DNA of 64,000 bases from positions 39,489-103,488 of the forward strand of contig JAHFJA010000002.1 in NCBI GenBank assembly GCA_023246095.1, read 5' to 3'. The number at the start of each line of letters is the position of its first letter. Within the stretch, counting starts at the first letter, position 1. Origin of the DNA: a bacterium. Its GTDB lineage: Bacteria > Patescibacteriota > Patescibacteriia > JACQRZ01. Of the stretch, positions 19,224 to 28,311 are shown one piece after another. Made by a program: the position numbers and the translations under genes. The notes beneath the pieces were generated by a model. That model was not told the origin of the DNA and did not search any database. It was given only the letters and a program-made list of their open reading frames with translations.

Positions 19224-21518
19224 TTAATATATGCGGGTAAGTTGGATACCAGTATAGTAATGAGTCAAGATTTGACCAAACGTACTGCCTGCTGCTGCCA
19301 TCGCTACGGCACCGCGCGCTGACATTCCAACCCCGTGACCCCACAACTTCAATCCTGCACAAAATGGATCGTCTACGCTCTTTAACCACGGCTTTGCACT
19401 TCCTGCCCACACTTCTTCCCATGAACGAGTCCGTCCGTCACTATTTGAGAAATACGGAGTAATAACGATCGAACCGTTATACATAACAACAATTCCTTTT
19501 GTTTCATCCACTGCCCTTGAAAACTGGGGCATACGAACTTCTGCGCCATACCCACGGTACACCTGGTCTGCATCAGTGTTACGAACATTGAAGTTTTCGC
19601 CGGGATATTTGTTGGTACGCATCACAATCTTTGCATAGGTACGAGCAGCAATGACAAGGGATTTCTGGAATTCGTACGGTGAACTATTTGAAGTTTCCCC
19701 TGAACCCTTGAGATATTTCTCTAATGACAAGTCGTTAATCAACCACACTCGATCTTTAGATTCTGAATATCGCACTTCTACCACCGCACGAAATCGATTA
19801 TCGTTTAAAGTTGAACTCCATCCGGGATGATCAGTATAGGATACGATTTCAAAGATAGTATCTTGATCTGGTAAACCAACAAGTGGTGATCCAGTCCCTA
19901 CAAACCGAAGATACGTGGGTGATGTTGTAGTCAAAGAATCTGTCGTCAAAGTATAGATCTTTTGTGCGAAGTCAAAGCTCACTGTTGCAATACTTCCGGC
20001 CTGCAATGCTGCGATAATTTGTCCTTGTCCATTTCGCACGTCAAACGGCTTATTTGCAGTGACCTTTATTGGTTCACGGGAGTTAAAGATTCCAACGCGG
20101 ATATTTGATTCGCTCTCAGTAATAGCATCGACAACTGATGAACCTACCGTTGGGGTAATCACTGGGGCGTTAACAATCGGAGTATCTATAATAGGGGTAG
20201 GGATACCCTCTTGAGCGATTTGGACTTTTGGCGCCCCTTTGACCACCTGCACAGAGAGTACTGCAGTAGCTGAACTCAACGGGACAGAACCTCGATACAA
20301 CGTAAACGTTTCATTATAATTTCCTAAACTTGTCGGTGCTTCAACTTTAAAGGGTGTATAGATTACCTCTCCCGGCTTAACGTCTGTTTTCAGCGTAGCA
20401 ACCCACACCCCGTCATCCCAGGTAGAATGATGGAGATAACTTTCGACACGGGCCGAAGAACGAATACGAATAGGTGTTTCTCCTGCCTTCCACGTAGCGG
20501 TACCGGTATTTTTCCACCCAATCTGAAAATCAGCAGCTTGCAGCTGCCCAATAGTAAGATTTGTTGCCGACTGAATAAGTTTGGTCGCACTAAATGTCCC
20601 ACTTCCACTATCTGATATGACAGTAGGGGCGGTGGGTACAACATTAGAAACGGTTGAAACAACAGGCACCGACTTTGAACTAATTTGTGTATCAGGCACC
20701 CCGCTTCCCACCACCACCGTCAGTGTTGTGTCAGTGCCACTCACCTTCTGTCCAGCGTAACTCAAATAAAAGGTATCAGTATACACTCCATTCGCATCAG
20801 GGGCTTCAATAGTAACCGCAATGTAAATAAGTTCCCCTGGTTTTGCATTTGAAATCCAATCTTTCACCACTGTCGTTGACGCCCATGAACTATGTGCAAG
20901 ATAACTGCTTGTAGCTGATGAAGATCGCAAGCTCAAACCTTGAGAAGGCCACACTGTTGAACCTGTATTTTTTAAACCAATCATGAGATTAGCAGTACCT
21001 TTTTTCCCAAGGCTCATTGTTGATGCGCTCTGAATAAGACGAGTAGCGCTGACGGACTTACTTGCAGTCGTTGATGCGATAACAACCTTTGGGGTGGCCG
21101 CCTTAACTGTTGTCACTTTTTTAGTTGCGACAACAGAACTACTTTTAGTAGTGCTTGTCTTAGTATTTCCTTTTACAATAGAGAAATATGTACGCCCTTT
21201 CCCTGTGTAGGCATCCTTGTTGCTATTGTAATATGCGCTCCTATCGAGAGTACTATATTGAGTTACTGCGTTAACCTCCTGAATTGACGCTGATCTTGCG
21301 AGCCATGAATATACCAAACTATCTGAGTCCGGGATACGTGCTTTGGTTATTTTTTGAGTAACAACGTGTAATGTGAACGAGAGTCCTGCTACAATAAAAA
21401 GAGAAATTGCCATAGCGACAAGCACGCCTGACCATGACACCATCCCCTTTTTCGAATTGAGATTGATCATCCCGTTCGAGTTGTAGTTGTTTGGATTGTA
21501 ATTAAAAACGCCGTTCAT
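19224..21518 (-). CDS. SpoIID/LytB-domain protein with two Ig-like (NBR1-type) repeats
   Basis: INDLSLEKYLKG..ET, AARTYA, DQVYRG, GHGVGMS, ILTHYYTG; two LIQSA...KNTG.(T/V)W...KPGE repeats; N-terminal TM; true start may be 21470. Confidence 0.9.
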   Translation of the reverse strand: MNGVFNYNPNNYNSNGMINLNSKKGMVSWSGVLVAMAISLFIVAGLSFTLHVVTQKITKARIPDSDSLVYSWLARSASIQEVNAVTQYSTLDRSAYYNSNKDAYTGKGRTYFSIVKGNTKTSTTKSSSVVATKKVTTVKAATPKVVIASTTASKSVSATRLIQSASTMSLGKKGTANLMIGLKNTGSTVWPSQGLSLRSSSATSSYLAHSSWASTTVVKDWISNAKPGELIYIAVTIEAPDANGVYTDTFYLSYAGQKVSGTDTTLTVVVGSGVPDTQISSKSVPVVSTVSNVVPTAPTVISDSGSGTFSATKLIQSATNLTIGQLQAADFQIGWKNTGTATWKAGETPIRIRSSARVESYLHHSTWDDGVWVATLKTDVKPGEVIYTPFKVEAPTSLGNYNETFTLYRGSVPLSSATAVLSVQVVKGAPKVQIAQEGIPTPIIDTPIVNAPVITPTVGSSVVDAITESESNIRVGIFNSREPIKVTANKPFDVRNGQGQIIAALQAGSIATVSFDFAQKIYTLTTDSLTTTSPTYLRFVGTGSPLVGLPDQDTIFEIVSYTDHPGWSSTLNDNRFRAVVEVRYSESKDRVWLINDLSLEKYLKGSGETSNSSPYEFQKSLVIAARTYAKIVMRTNKYPGENFNVRNTDADQVYRGYGAEVRMPQFSRAVDETKGIVVMYNGSIVITPYFSNSDGRTRSWEEVWAGSAKPWLKSVDDPFCAGLKLWGHGVGMSARGAVAMAAAGSTFGQILTHYYTGIQLTRIY

Positions 21519-21600
21519 ACAAAAATGCGGCGCCGACCGTTCGAGTTCATTGGTATAAGTACCTTATTGTGTCATAGATACTTAGTAAACTCACGCATTA

Positions 21601-21629
21601 AATATACCATTTTCCTCCCCTTTCGTCAA
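21601..21629 (-). promoter_or_regulatory. sigma70 promoter of SpoIID gene
   Basis: TTGACG-17bp-TATATT on the minus strand; divergent TG-TATAAT at 21669-21677 serves the flippase. Confidence 0.6.
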
Positions 21630-21719
21630 TCATCACTATGTGTATAAATATGGTATCCAGCGAAAAAATGCTATAATGAAAAGAACGAATAGCTGTATCA
21701 CATTATTGTTCACTATCTT

Positions 21720-23150
21720 ATGTCGAAGGCACAGGCGATTCTAACCCACACGGTTATACAAATCATCTCCAAAGGACTCAATATTGCACTGGGATTGGCA
21801 GCCTTTTCACTGTTAACCCAATATTTAGGACAGGAAGGCTTTGGGCAGTACACCATCATAACCACATTTTTGGGTATATTTGGCGTTATGGCTGATATGG
21901 GCCTTTCCATCATTGCCATTCAGATGATGAGTGAACAACCCGAAAAAGAAGGAGATATTTTTAACACAGTACTTTCTATCCGGATTGTCACCGCACTTAT
22001 CGCTCTGGGAATTGCTCCTTTTATCGCTCTTCTCTTCCCTTACACAGGCATAGTAAAAGTCGGTATTGCCCTCACCTTTCTTTCTTTTTTCTTTTCATCG
22101 CTCATTCAGCTTTTTACCGCCCTCTTTCAACAACGAGTGGCTATGGTATTCCCCTCTTATGCGGATGCTGTCGGCCGGCTTATTCTTTTAGGTGGAGTCA
22201 TCGCCGCGATGGTGTTTCATCGAGGATTGTATGAGATTCTTATAATAACAGTACTAGCAAATGCCACCCAGTGTCTTCTTCTTTATATCAAAGCACGAAA
22301 AATTTTCCCTATTACTATCGCCATCGACCGCGCGATTGCCCGTGATGTATTTACCCGCAGTTGGCCTATCGCCCTATCGGTAACCTTTAATCTTATTTAT
22401 CTAAAAGCAGACATCCTCATCCTTTCCCTCTTTCGTCCCGAAGGAGATGTAGGTCTGTATGGTGCTTCATATCGCATACTTGAGGTGTTAGTTACCATTC
22501 CTATGATGTTTATGGGTATCACTCTTTCGAGTTTTGCAAATGCTTGGGCCCAAAAAGATTACGCACGATTTAGTCGTTATTTGCAAAAAAGTTTTGACGC
22601 CATGATTATCATTGCAGTCCCCCTCGTCGTGGGTACCATCATCGTTGCTCCTGATCTTATGACTTTTATCTCTGGTAAAGAATTTGCAGTGTCGGGACAA
22701 ATCTTACGCATACTGATCGTCGCATCGGGGATGGTGTTTGTCGGTACTCTCTTTGGGCACCTCATAAATATCATAAACGCACAAAAAACAATGCTGTGGG
22801 GTTACGCAGCGGGAGCAATCGGTGGTCTAGTTGGATATCTCATATTCATTCCTCTCTTTTCATTTTGGGGAGCGGCATGGATGACCGTCGTGACCGAAGG
22901 AGCCATTATGGTTATTGGTTTTATAGTTTTTTATCGACGAACCCACTTGCGGCCAAAACTTAAGCGACTACCCGCGATCATTGCTGCTAGTGGTATAATG
23001 GGACTGCTTGTTTGGTTTAGTTCGACCCATCTTCCTTTGCTCATAGTCTTGCTTATTGGCATTATCTCCTACCCTCTTGTTCTTTTGCTACTAAAAGGCA
23101 TATCTATTCATGAGGTCCGACTCCTCCTTCCTTCCAAAAAAAGCTTATAA
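21720..23150 (+). CDS. Wzx-like polysaccharide flippase (MOP superfamily)
   Basis: multi-pass membrane protein; YLGQEGFGQY, DMGL, VGLYGASYR, FSFWGAAW. Confidence 0.9.
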   Translation: MSKAQAILTHTVIQIISKGLNIALGLAAFSLLTQYLGQEGFGQYTIITTFLGIFGVMADMGLSIIAIQMMSEQPEKEGDIFNTVLSIRIVTALIALGIAPFIALLFPYTGIVKVGIALTFLSFFFSSLIQLFTALFQQRVAMVFPSYADAVGRLILLGGVIAAMVFHRGLYEILIITVLANATQCLLLYIKARKIFPITIAIDRAIARDVFTRSWPIALSVTFNLIYLKADILILSLFRPEGDVGLYGASYRILEVLVTIPMMFMGITLSSFANAWAQKDYARFSRYLQKSFDAMIIIAVPLVVGTIIVAPDLMTFISGKEFAVSGQILRILIVASGMVFVGTLFGHLINIINAQKTMLWGYAAGAIGGLVGYLIFIPLFSFWGAAWMTVVTEGAIMVIGFIVFYRRTHLRPKLKRLPAIIAASGIMGLLVWFSSTHLPLLIVLLIGIISYPLVLLLLKGISIHEVRLLLPSKKSL

Positions 23151-23180
23151 TATAGAGGTTTAGCTGTTTAAGGCAGTCTA

Positions 23181-23209
23181 TTGCCTTTTTACGGAGTGCG
23201 TGGTATTAT
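23181..23209 (+). promoter_or_regulatory. promoter of rpsF-ssb-rpsR-efp
   Basis: TTGCCT-17bp-TATTAT with extended TG. Confidence 0.6.
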
Positions 23210-23248
23210 TGCCGTACTAATTCACCCAATTACCAAACCATATCACGT

Positions 23249-23809
23249 ATGAAACACTATGAGCTTCTTACGTTGGTGAGTGGGAAGTACGCCGAACACG
23301 AACTGGAACCGGTCACTACGTTGATCGATGATACTCTTCGCAAGCACGGCGCACTCATTCAATTCACCAACTCTTGGGGACGAAGGAAACTTGCGTACCC
23401 AGTAGACCATAATTTTTATGGCTACTACATCTTCTCGGAGTTTGATTGCGATCCAAGTACGGTCAACTTGATCAACAGAGACTTGGAGCTTTCCAATGAA
23501 ATCCTCCGGCACCACATCGAAATTAAAGTTCCTGGCCTTGCCCCTCTCATCCCATTTGGCGGTGCAAAAGAAACTCTCTCGCTTTCGCCTCGCGAACGGG
23601 AGCATCGTGGATCATCGAGCGATCGCCCTTCTGAATCCCCTAAACAAATCAGGGCAGTTGTCGATCAAGCAGTCACTGATGTTACCGGAGACCTTGACCA
23701 AAAAACATCAGAATCAGTCGGAACACCTCCATCACTCGAGCCTGTTTCGGTAGACACCGATGAGCTCAATAAAAAACTTGATGAAATCCTTAACAATGAA
23801 ATCGTCTAA
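23249..23809 (+). CDS. rpsF: 30S ribosomal protein S6 with long C-terminal tail
   Basis: KHYEL, WGRRKLAYP, ILRH; rpsF-ssb-rpsR synteny. Confidence 0.95.
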   Translation: MKHYELLTLVSGKYAEHELEPVTTLIDDTLRKHGALIQFTNSWGRRKLAYPVDHNFYGYYIFSEFDCDPSTVNLINRDLELSNEILRHHIEIKVPGLAPLIPFGGAKETLSLSPREREHRGSSSDRPSESPKQIRAVVDQAVTDVTGDLDQKTSESVGTPPSLEPVSVDTDELNKKLDEILNNEIV

Positions 23810-23838
23810 ATTGAGATAACCTCTAACCATACCCATCT

Positions 23839-24288
23839 ATGGACCTCAACAAAGTGATGCTTATCGGACGCCTTACAAAAGATCCTGAAATGCGTACTAC
23901 GCCTTCAGGCCAGCAGGTAGCCAGTTTTTCAATGGCTACGAATCGCTATTTCAACGACCAAGCTGGTGCACGCCAAGAAAAGGTTGAGTTCCATAACGTT
24001 ACCGCATGGGGCAAGCTGGCAGAAATCTGCTCACAATATCTTGGCAAAGGACGACGTGCATATATTGAAGGTCGTCTTCAGACTCGTGACTGGGTCGGAC
24101 AGGACGGTGTCAAACGTTACAGCACTGATATCGTTGCCGAGAACTTGATTATGCTTGATGCGCCAACCGGTACTGGCGGAGGAAATGGTGGCACTCGCCC
24201 TATGAACTCACAGCCAACTGCGACACGGATGGATAACCAAGGAGAAGTGGTAGAGGAAGAGCACACGCTCGAAACAATCCCATTTTAG
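23839..24288 (+). CDS. ssb: single-stranded DNA-binding protein
   Basis: LNKVMLIGRLTKDPE, IEGRLQTR, C-terminal IPF. Confidence 0.98.
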   Translation: MDLNKVMLIGRLTKDPEMRTTPSGQQVASFSMATNRYFNDQAGARQEKVEFHNVTAWGKLAEICSQYLGKGRRAYIEGRLQTRDWVGQDGVKRYSTDIVAENLIMLDAPTGTGGGNGGTRPMNSQPTATRMDNQGEVVEEEHTLETIPF

Positions 24289-24309
24289 TTCGATTCCCTC
24301 TTTATATTT

Positions 24310-24531
24310 ATGATGAAACAATCACCAATCAAAAAACATTGCCGACTCTGCGCTCATAACGTCCTTCATGTAGACTATAAGGACGTGCAAACATTGCGAC
24401 GCTTTATTTCCTCATACGGTAAAATTACTCCACGTCGTCGTAATGGTCTTTGCGCTTCACATCAACGAAAGACAGGAAATGCCATCAAGAATGCTCGTAT
24501 CATGGCTCTTCTTCCGTTTGTAGTACGATAA
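24310..24531 (+). CDS. rpsR: 30S ribosomal protein S18 (Zn-binding type)
   Basis: Cxx[28 protein letters not shown]. Confidence 0.97.
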   Translation: MMKQSPIKKHCRLCAHNVLHVDYKDVQTLRRFISSYGKITPRRRNGLCASHQRKTGNAIKNARIMALLPFVVR

Positions 24532-24558
24532 AACGTCTTACCTGTAACGTACAACCCC

Positions 24559-25128
24559 ATGGCAGTCCTCCCAAACCTTAACTCGATTCGAGTAGGTCTT
24601 AATGTCTTGGTCAATAATGAGCCGTATCAAGTGTTAACGGCTAACTTCGTGCGCATGCAACAAAGAAAGCCGGTTATGCAAACCAAGCTTCGTAACCTTA
24701 TCAATGGCAAGGTCTTAGAAATCAGTTTCAAACCAGGCGATCGTATTGAAGAAGCAGACATGATGAAAAAACCCGCTGACTTTTTGTATCAAGATCCCAG
24801 TGGTGTGTATTTCATGGACAAAGAAAGCTACGAACAATTCAATGTTGAAGCACAGACCCTTGGTGATCGAACAAAACTTCTGAAAGAAGGAAGCTCTGTC
24901 AGTGTTCTCTACTTCAATGACAAACCTATCACGATTGAACTACCTCCTAAAGTAGAGCTCAAAGTGGTTTCTGCTCCTCCAGGACTCAAAGGTGACACCG
25001 CAAGTGGTGGGTCAAAGCAAGTAACTCTTGATGGTGGATTTGTTACCAACGCTCCTTTGTTTATCAAAGAAGGTGATGTACTGAGGATCAATACCGAGAC
25101 GGGTGAATACGTAGAGCGCGTAACATAA
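24559..25128 (+). CDS. efp: elongation factor P
   Basis: PGLKGDTA, PLFIKEGD, INTETGEYVER; non-canonical loop RMQQRKP. Confidence 0.96.
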   Translation: MAVLPNLNSIRVGLNVLVNNEPYQVLTANFVRMQQRKPVMQTKLRNLINGKVLEISFKPGDRIEEADMMKKPADFLYQDPSGVYFMDKESYEQFNVEAQTLGDRTKLLKEGSSVSVLYFNDKPITIELPPKVELKVVSAPPGLKGDTASGGSKQVTLDGGFVTNAPLFIKEGDVLRINTETGEYVERVT

Positions 25129-25148
25129 TAATTATTTTTCCTACATGT

Positions 25149-25176
25149 AAAAAGGAACCGTTTCGGTTCCTTTTTT
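25149..25176. terminator. bidirectional intrinsic terminator
   Basis: aaaaaggaaccg-ttt-cggttcctttttt. Confidence 0.9.
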
Positions 25177-25181
25177 GATAA

Positions 25182-25934
25182 TTATTTTGAATATTTTACC
25201 TTTAGGTCTTCCAACTCGTGGATTCCAATATAAGGAATAACTTCCCCCGTAACATGAGCCGCATCTGGTGATAACAACCACATAATTAACTGTGCGACCT
25301 CTTCTGGCTTAGCAATATAAGGAGCTGGATCCTTACTTCGTGTTTTCTCACTCACCATGGGCGTATCTACATATCCTGGAGAGACCGCATTAACTCGAAC
25401 TTGAGGATATTCCTTTGCTATACAACGGGTCATGATATCCAAGGCGGCCTTTGACATCGCATAATCTATTGAACGTCCTCTTGGCATGTGTCCAGACAAC
25501 GAAGAGATATTTACAATCGCTCCTTTATTGACTGAAAGATCGGGAATAAAGCGCTGACATAAAAAGAATGGTATTCTTGCATTAACGTTCATGCACCATA
25601 TCCAATTGGTCTGCGTTACAAGCGGGAATTCTTTTTGAAAAGACTTCACCCCTGCATTGTTTATCAACACATCTATTGCACCGATCGTATATTGTTTACT
25701 TACCACCGCCTGATGGAGCGTATCTATCGAATCAGACTGCAAGAGGTCAACTCCGACGATTTTTACTTCCCCACCATACTCCTTGAGCTGCCTCGCAAAC
25801 GCCAGAATATCTTTATCTCTTTCACGACAATGCAAGAATAGATTGGCACCATTTTCGGCACACGCACGCGCAATTGCCCTGCCAAGTCCACCGCCTGCTC
25901 CTGTTATCAATACTGTTTTATTTTTTAAGAACAT
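25182..25934 (-). CDS. SDR family oxidoreductase
   Basis: TGAGGGLG, NNAG, YAMSK, VNAVSPG; SD GAGGAGG before ATG 25934. Confidence 0.93.
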   Translation of the reverse strand: MFLKNKTVLITGAGGGLGRAIARACAENGANLFLHCRERDKDILAFARQLKEYGGEVKIVGVDLLQSDSIDTLHQAVVSKQYTIGAIDVLINNAGVKSFQKEFPLVTQTNWIWCMNVNARIPFFLCQRFIPDLSVNKGAIVNISSLSGHMPRGRSIDYAMSKAALDIMTRCIAKEYPQVRVNAVSPGYVDTPMVSEKTRSKDPAPYIAKPEEVAQLIMWLLSPDAAHVTGEVIPYIGIHELEDLKVKYSK

Positions 25935-26032
25935 ATTGTTCCCCTCCTCAGCTAGAATACCGTGAGTGATAGTATACAACAGAATATGAGGAGGTCAACA
26001 GTACGTTTCCTTGATGTGCCAATTCTGCACAA

Positions 26033-26863
26033 TTAAAATAATTTGAATTTCTGAACCACTTCTTGTGGTACAAAAAAATTCTTAGACATTTTTTTACGTA
26101 ACCGTCGTGCTTTCACTCGATTACGTTCAACGATAAGACGCACTTTTTTCTTTTCAATGCCAATCTCGTGCAAGCGCTCCTCGAGTATGGCCATGGTGGT
26201 ACTTTTTTGATAACAGTCTTCTATTTTTTTTACGAGGAGCTTGGATAAACGCGTCGTTACGATATAGTCGTTAAAAATGGCAGGATAATCTGTTTTTGAA
26301 AAATATTCGACACTTGTCGCTACTTGCATATACTCATTCTGCAATTCTTTTTTCATTGCACGATCATGAATCGTGTCGCCACCCAGTTGGCAAAAAGCAT
26401 ATACTTTTTTCTCTGCAAATGAAGAGAAATAAGCATACTCGCTTACCTTGCGGGTTTCGTTGAGATGAATCCATATCTCATGAGGTTCATAAAGAAATAT
26501 CGGCTCCTCTGGATGAGCTTGGTGAAGAGGGAATACTATATTTTTCCAATACTGATCCAAATGAACAAGCGAAGAGAGCTCAAAACTAATTTTTTCACCA
26601 TCTGACAAACTCAAACCAAAGGCTGTTTTACTTAATCTTTCGACCACCCTATTCCTCCACTCTTCGTTTAAGGAATATATAGTTGCTCGCTTTATTATTA
26701 TCTCTTGAGATAAAAGAATACCCAGACTTTTATAAAGACCTTGGATCGTTACATGCATAGATTCATCGTGAAGAAGTTTCTGCAGGTCTTTTACGGCGTG
26801 GGCATTGTTGAGAAGAAGTCTAATTACCCTGTCTTCAAGTGACTCTTTTGTTGAAAAAATCAT
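26033..26863 (-). CDS. putative winged-HTH transcriptional regulator
   Basis: N-terminal helical wHTH-like region (VTIQGLYKSL..L...IIIK....YSLN); divergent from the methyltransferase operon; start uncertain (26863-26881). Confidence 0.6.
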   Translation of the reverse strand: MIFSTKESLEDRVIRLLLNNAHAVKDLQKLLHDESMHVTIQGLYKSLGILLSQEIIIKRATIYSLNEEWRNRVVERLSKTAFGLSLSDGEKISFELSSLVHLDQYWKNIVFPLHQAHPEEPIFLYEPHEIWIHLNETRKVSEYAYFSSFAEKKVYAFCQLGGDTIHDRAMKKELQNEYMQVATSVEYFSKTDYPAIFNDYIVTTRLSKLLVKKIEDCYQKSTTMAILEERLHEIGIEKKKVRLIVERNRVKARRLRKKMSKNFFVPQEVVQKFKLF

Positions 26864-26983
26864 ATATTTAAAGTATAGCATACTTTAAACTTTTTGTTTA
26901 ATTTCTTGCCATTTTAGCCTCTATTTTTCTAATATTGACCATTTACGTCATAATTACTTTATAAGTAAAAGTTAAATAAAAAT

Positions 26984-27658
26984 ATGACAAATTTATCAAA
27001 ACAATATAACAATTTTAGTGAATCATTTTCTCATTATGTCTCTAGTACAGATGACGTAATTAGAAAACCATTTTATCAATCTCTTTCCTTTGACTTTAAA
27101 GGTAAGAAGTTGCTCGATATGGCGTGTGGGGACGGACAAGATATTTCGGAGTACGAAAAGCGCGGGGCCCAATGTTTTGGAGTTGATGCTTCTGAAAACC
27201 TTATAGCAGAAGCGAAAAGAAATCGCCCTAATATTGATTTCAAGGTTGGTGATATGCGCACTCTCCCCTATCAAGATAACTCTTTTGATGTCGTGCTTTC
27301 AAAGTATGCCTTGGGGACTGTTGAGGATATAGGTGCGGTATTTTCTGAGGCATCACGTGTCTTAAAGAGTGGGGGCATGTTTGCCTACCTCACCACTCAC
27401 CCAATGCGTCTTTTTATGGAACAACCAGGTGATGTTAAAAAGGATTACTTCACCCAAAAAGATGTTGACATGGTGTTATTTGGTGGGGCATTTACCATCA
27501 CAGAGCCGAGTCATACGTTCAATGAATTTTTGAGTCCAAAGTACTTTAACCATTTCGACATGGTTTACTTTTCGGAGCATCACGACCCTCAATCTGCCGA
27601 TCTTCCTGGTCGCGACATCTATCCCGACTTCTTTATCGTCGTGGGGAAAAAGAAATAA
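26984..27658 (+). CDS. class I SAM-dependent methyltransferase
   Basis: LLDMACGDG, GVDAS, LPYQDNSFDVV, RVLKSGG. Confidence 0.93.
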   Translation: MTNLSKQYNNFSESFSHYVSSTDDVIRKPFYQSLSFDFKGKKLLDMACGDGQDISEYEKRGAQCFGVDASENLIAEAKRNRPNIDFKVGDMRTLPYQDNSFDVVLSKYALGTVEDIGAVFSEASRVLKSGGMFAYLTTHPMRLFMEQPGDVKKDYFTQKDVDMVLFGGAFTITEPSHTFNEFLSPKYFNHFDMVYFSEHHDPQSADLPGRDIYPDFFIVVGKKK

Positions 27659-27661
27659 TAT

Positions 27662-28189
27662 ATGAACATCGCTATTATTTCTTCAGCACATCCTGATGTG
27701 CCAGATTTCATTGTGCCTACACTCAATAAATTAATTGAACAATTGAAAACAATGCCAAACATGAAACTTCTCACTGGAGGATCCCTTGGTGTACCTGGCC
27801 AAATCGTACAAAAAGCCAATAAAGCAGGTATTCATACCATCGCCTACTCTCCTGATGAAAATATTGAGAACCATCATCGTCGTCACGACAATCTTGCGTT
27901 GCATCACTTCAATGAAGTCAAACATTTTTGTGGCTTCACTATGCGAAGCCTTGCGATGTTGCAGGATGCTGATGGAGTACTGGCACTCAATGGTCGTATG
28001 GGAACTTTGTCCGAATTTACCATCGCACTTGAAGAGGGAAAACGAGTAGCTGTCCTCACGAACACGGGCGGTGTCGCTGACCATCTTCAAAACATCACCG
28101 GCGTGATACAGAAAGATTTTTCAAAGAATCTGTTCTTCTCGGACGATCCTAAAATGGTAATACAATGGCTTGCAGAAAACCACGATTAA
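27662..28189 (+). CDS. LOG/SLOG family protein
   Basis: LTGGSLGVP, R...ADGVLALNGRMGTLSEF, TGG. Confidence 0.8.
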   Translation: MNIAIISSAHPDVPDFIVPTLNKLIEQLKTMPNMKLLTGGSLGVPGQIVQKANKAGIHTIAYSPDENIENHHRRHDNLALHHFNEVKHFCGFTMRSLAMLQDADGVLALNGRMGTLSEFTIALEEGKRVAVLTNTGGVADHLQNITGVIQKDFSKNLFFSDDPKMVIQWLAENHD

Positions 28190-28199
28190 AATTCAGTTT

Positions 28200-28236
28200 A
28201 AACAAAACGAGCCCATCAGGTGCTCGTTTTGTTTTT
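28200..28236 (+). terminator. intrinsic terminator
   Basis: aaacaaaacgagc-loop-gctcgttttgttttt. Confidence 0.85.
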
Positions 28237-28311
28237 ATGATCCCTTGTTTTTGTGCTCGTTATCTAGTAGTGTGTCTATAGTAAAAAGATTAATAGTAGC
28301 AGCAACTCAAT

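Noticed and set aside
21470-21518. AAC/AAT-rich stretch (NYNPNNYNSN) resembling a DGR template repeat
   Set aside because: Too short, no matching variable repeat and no RT in the window
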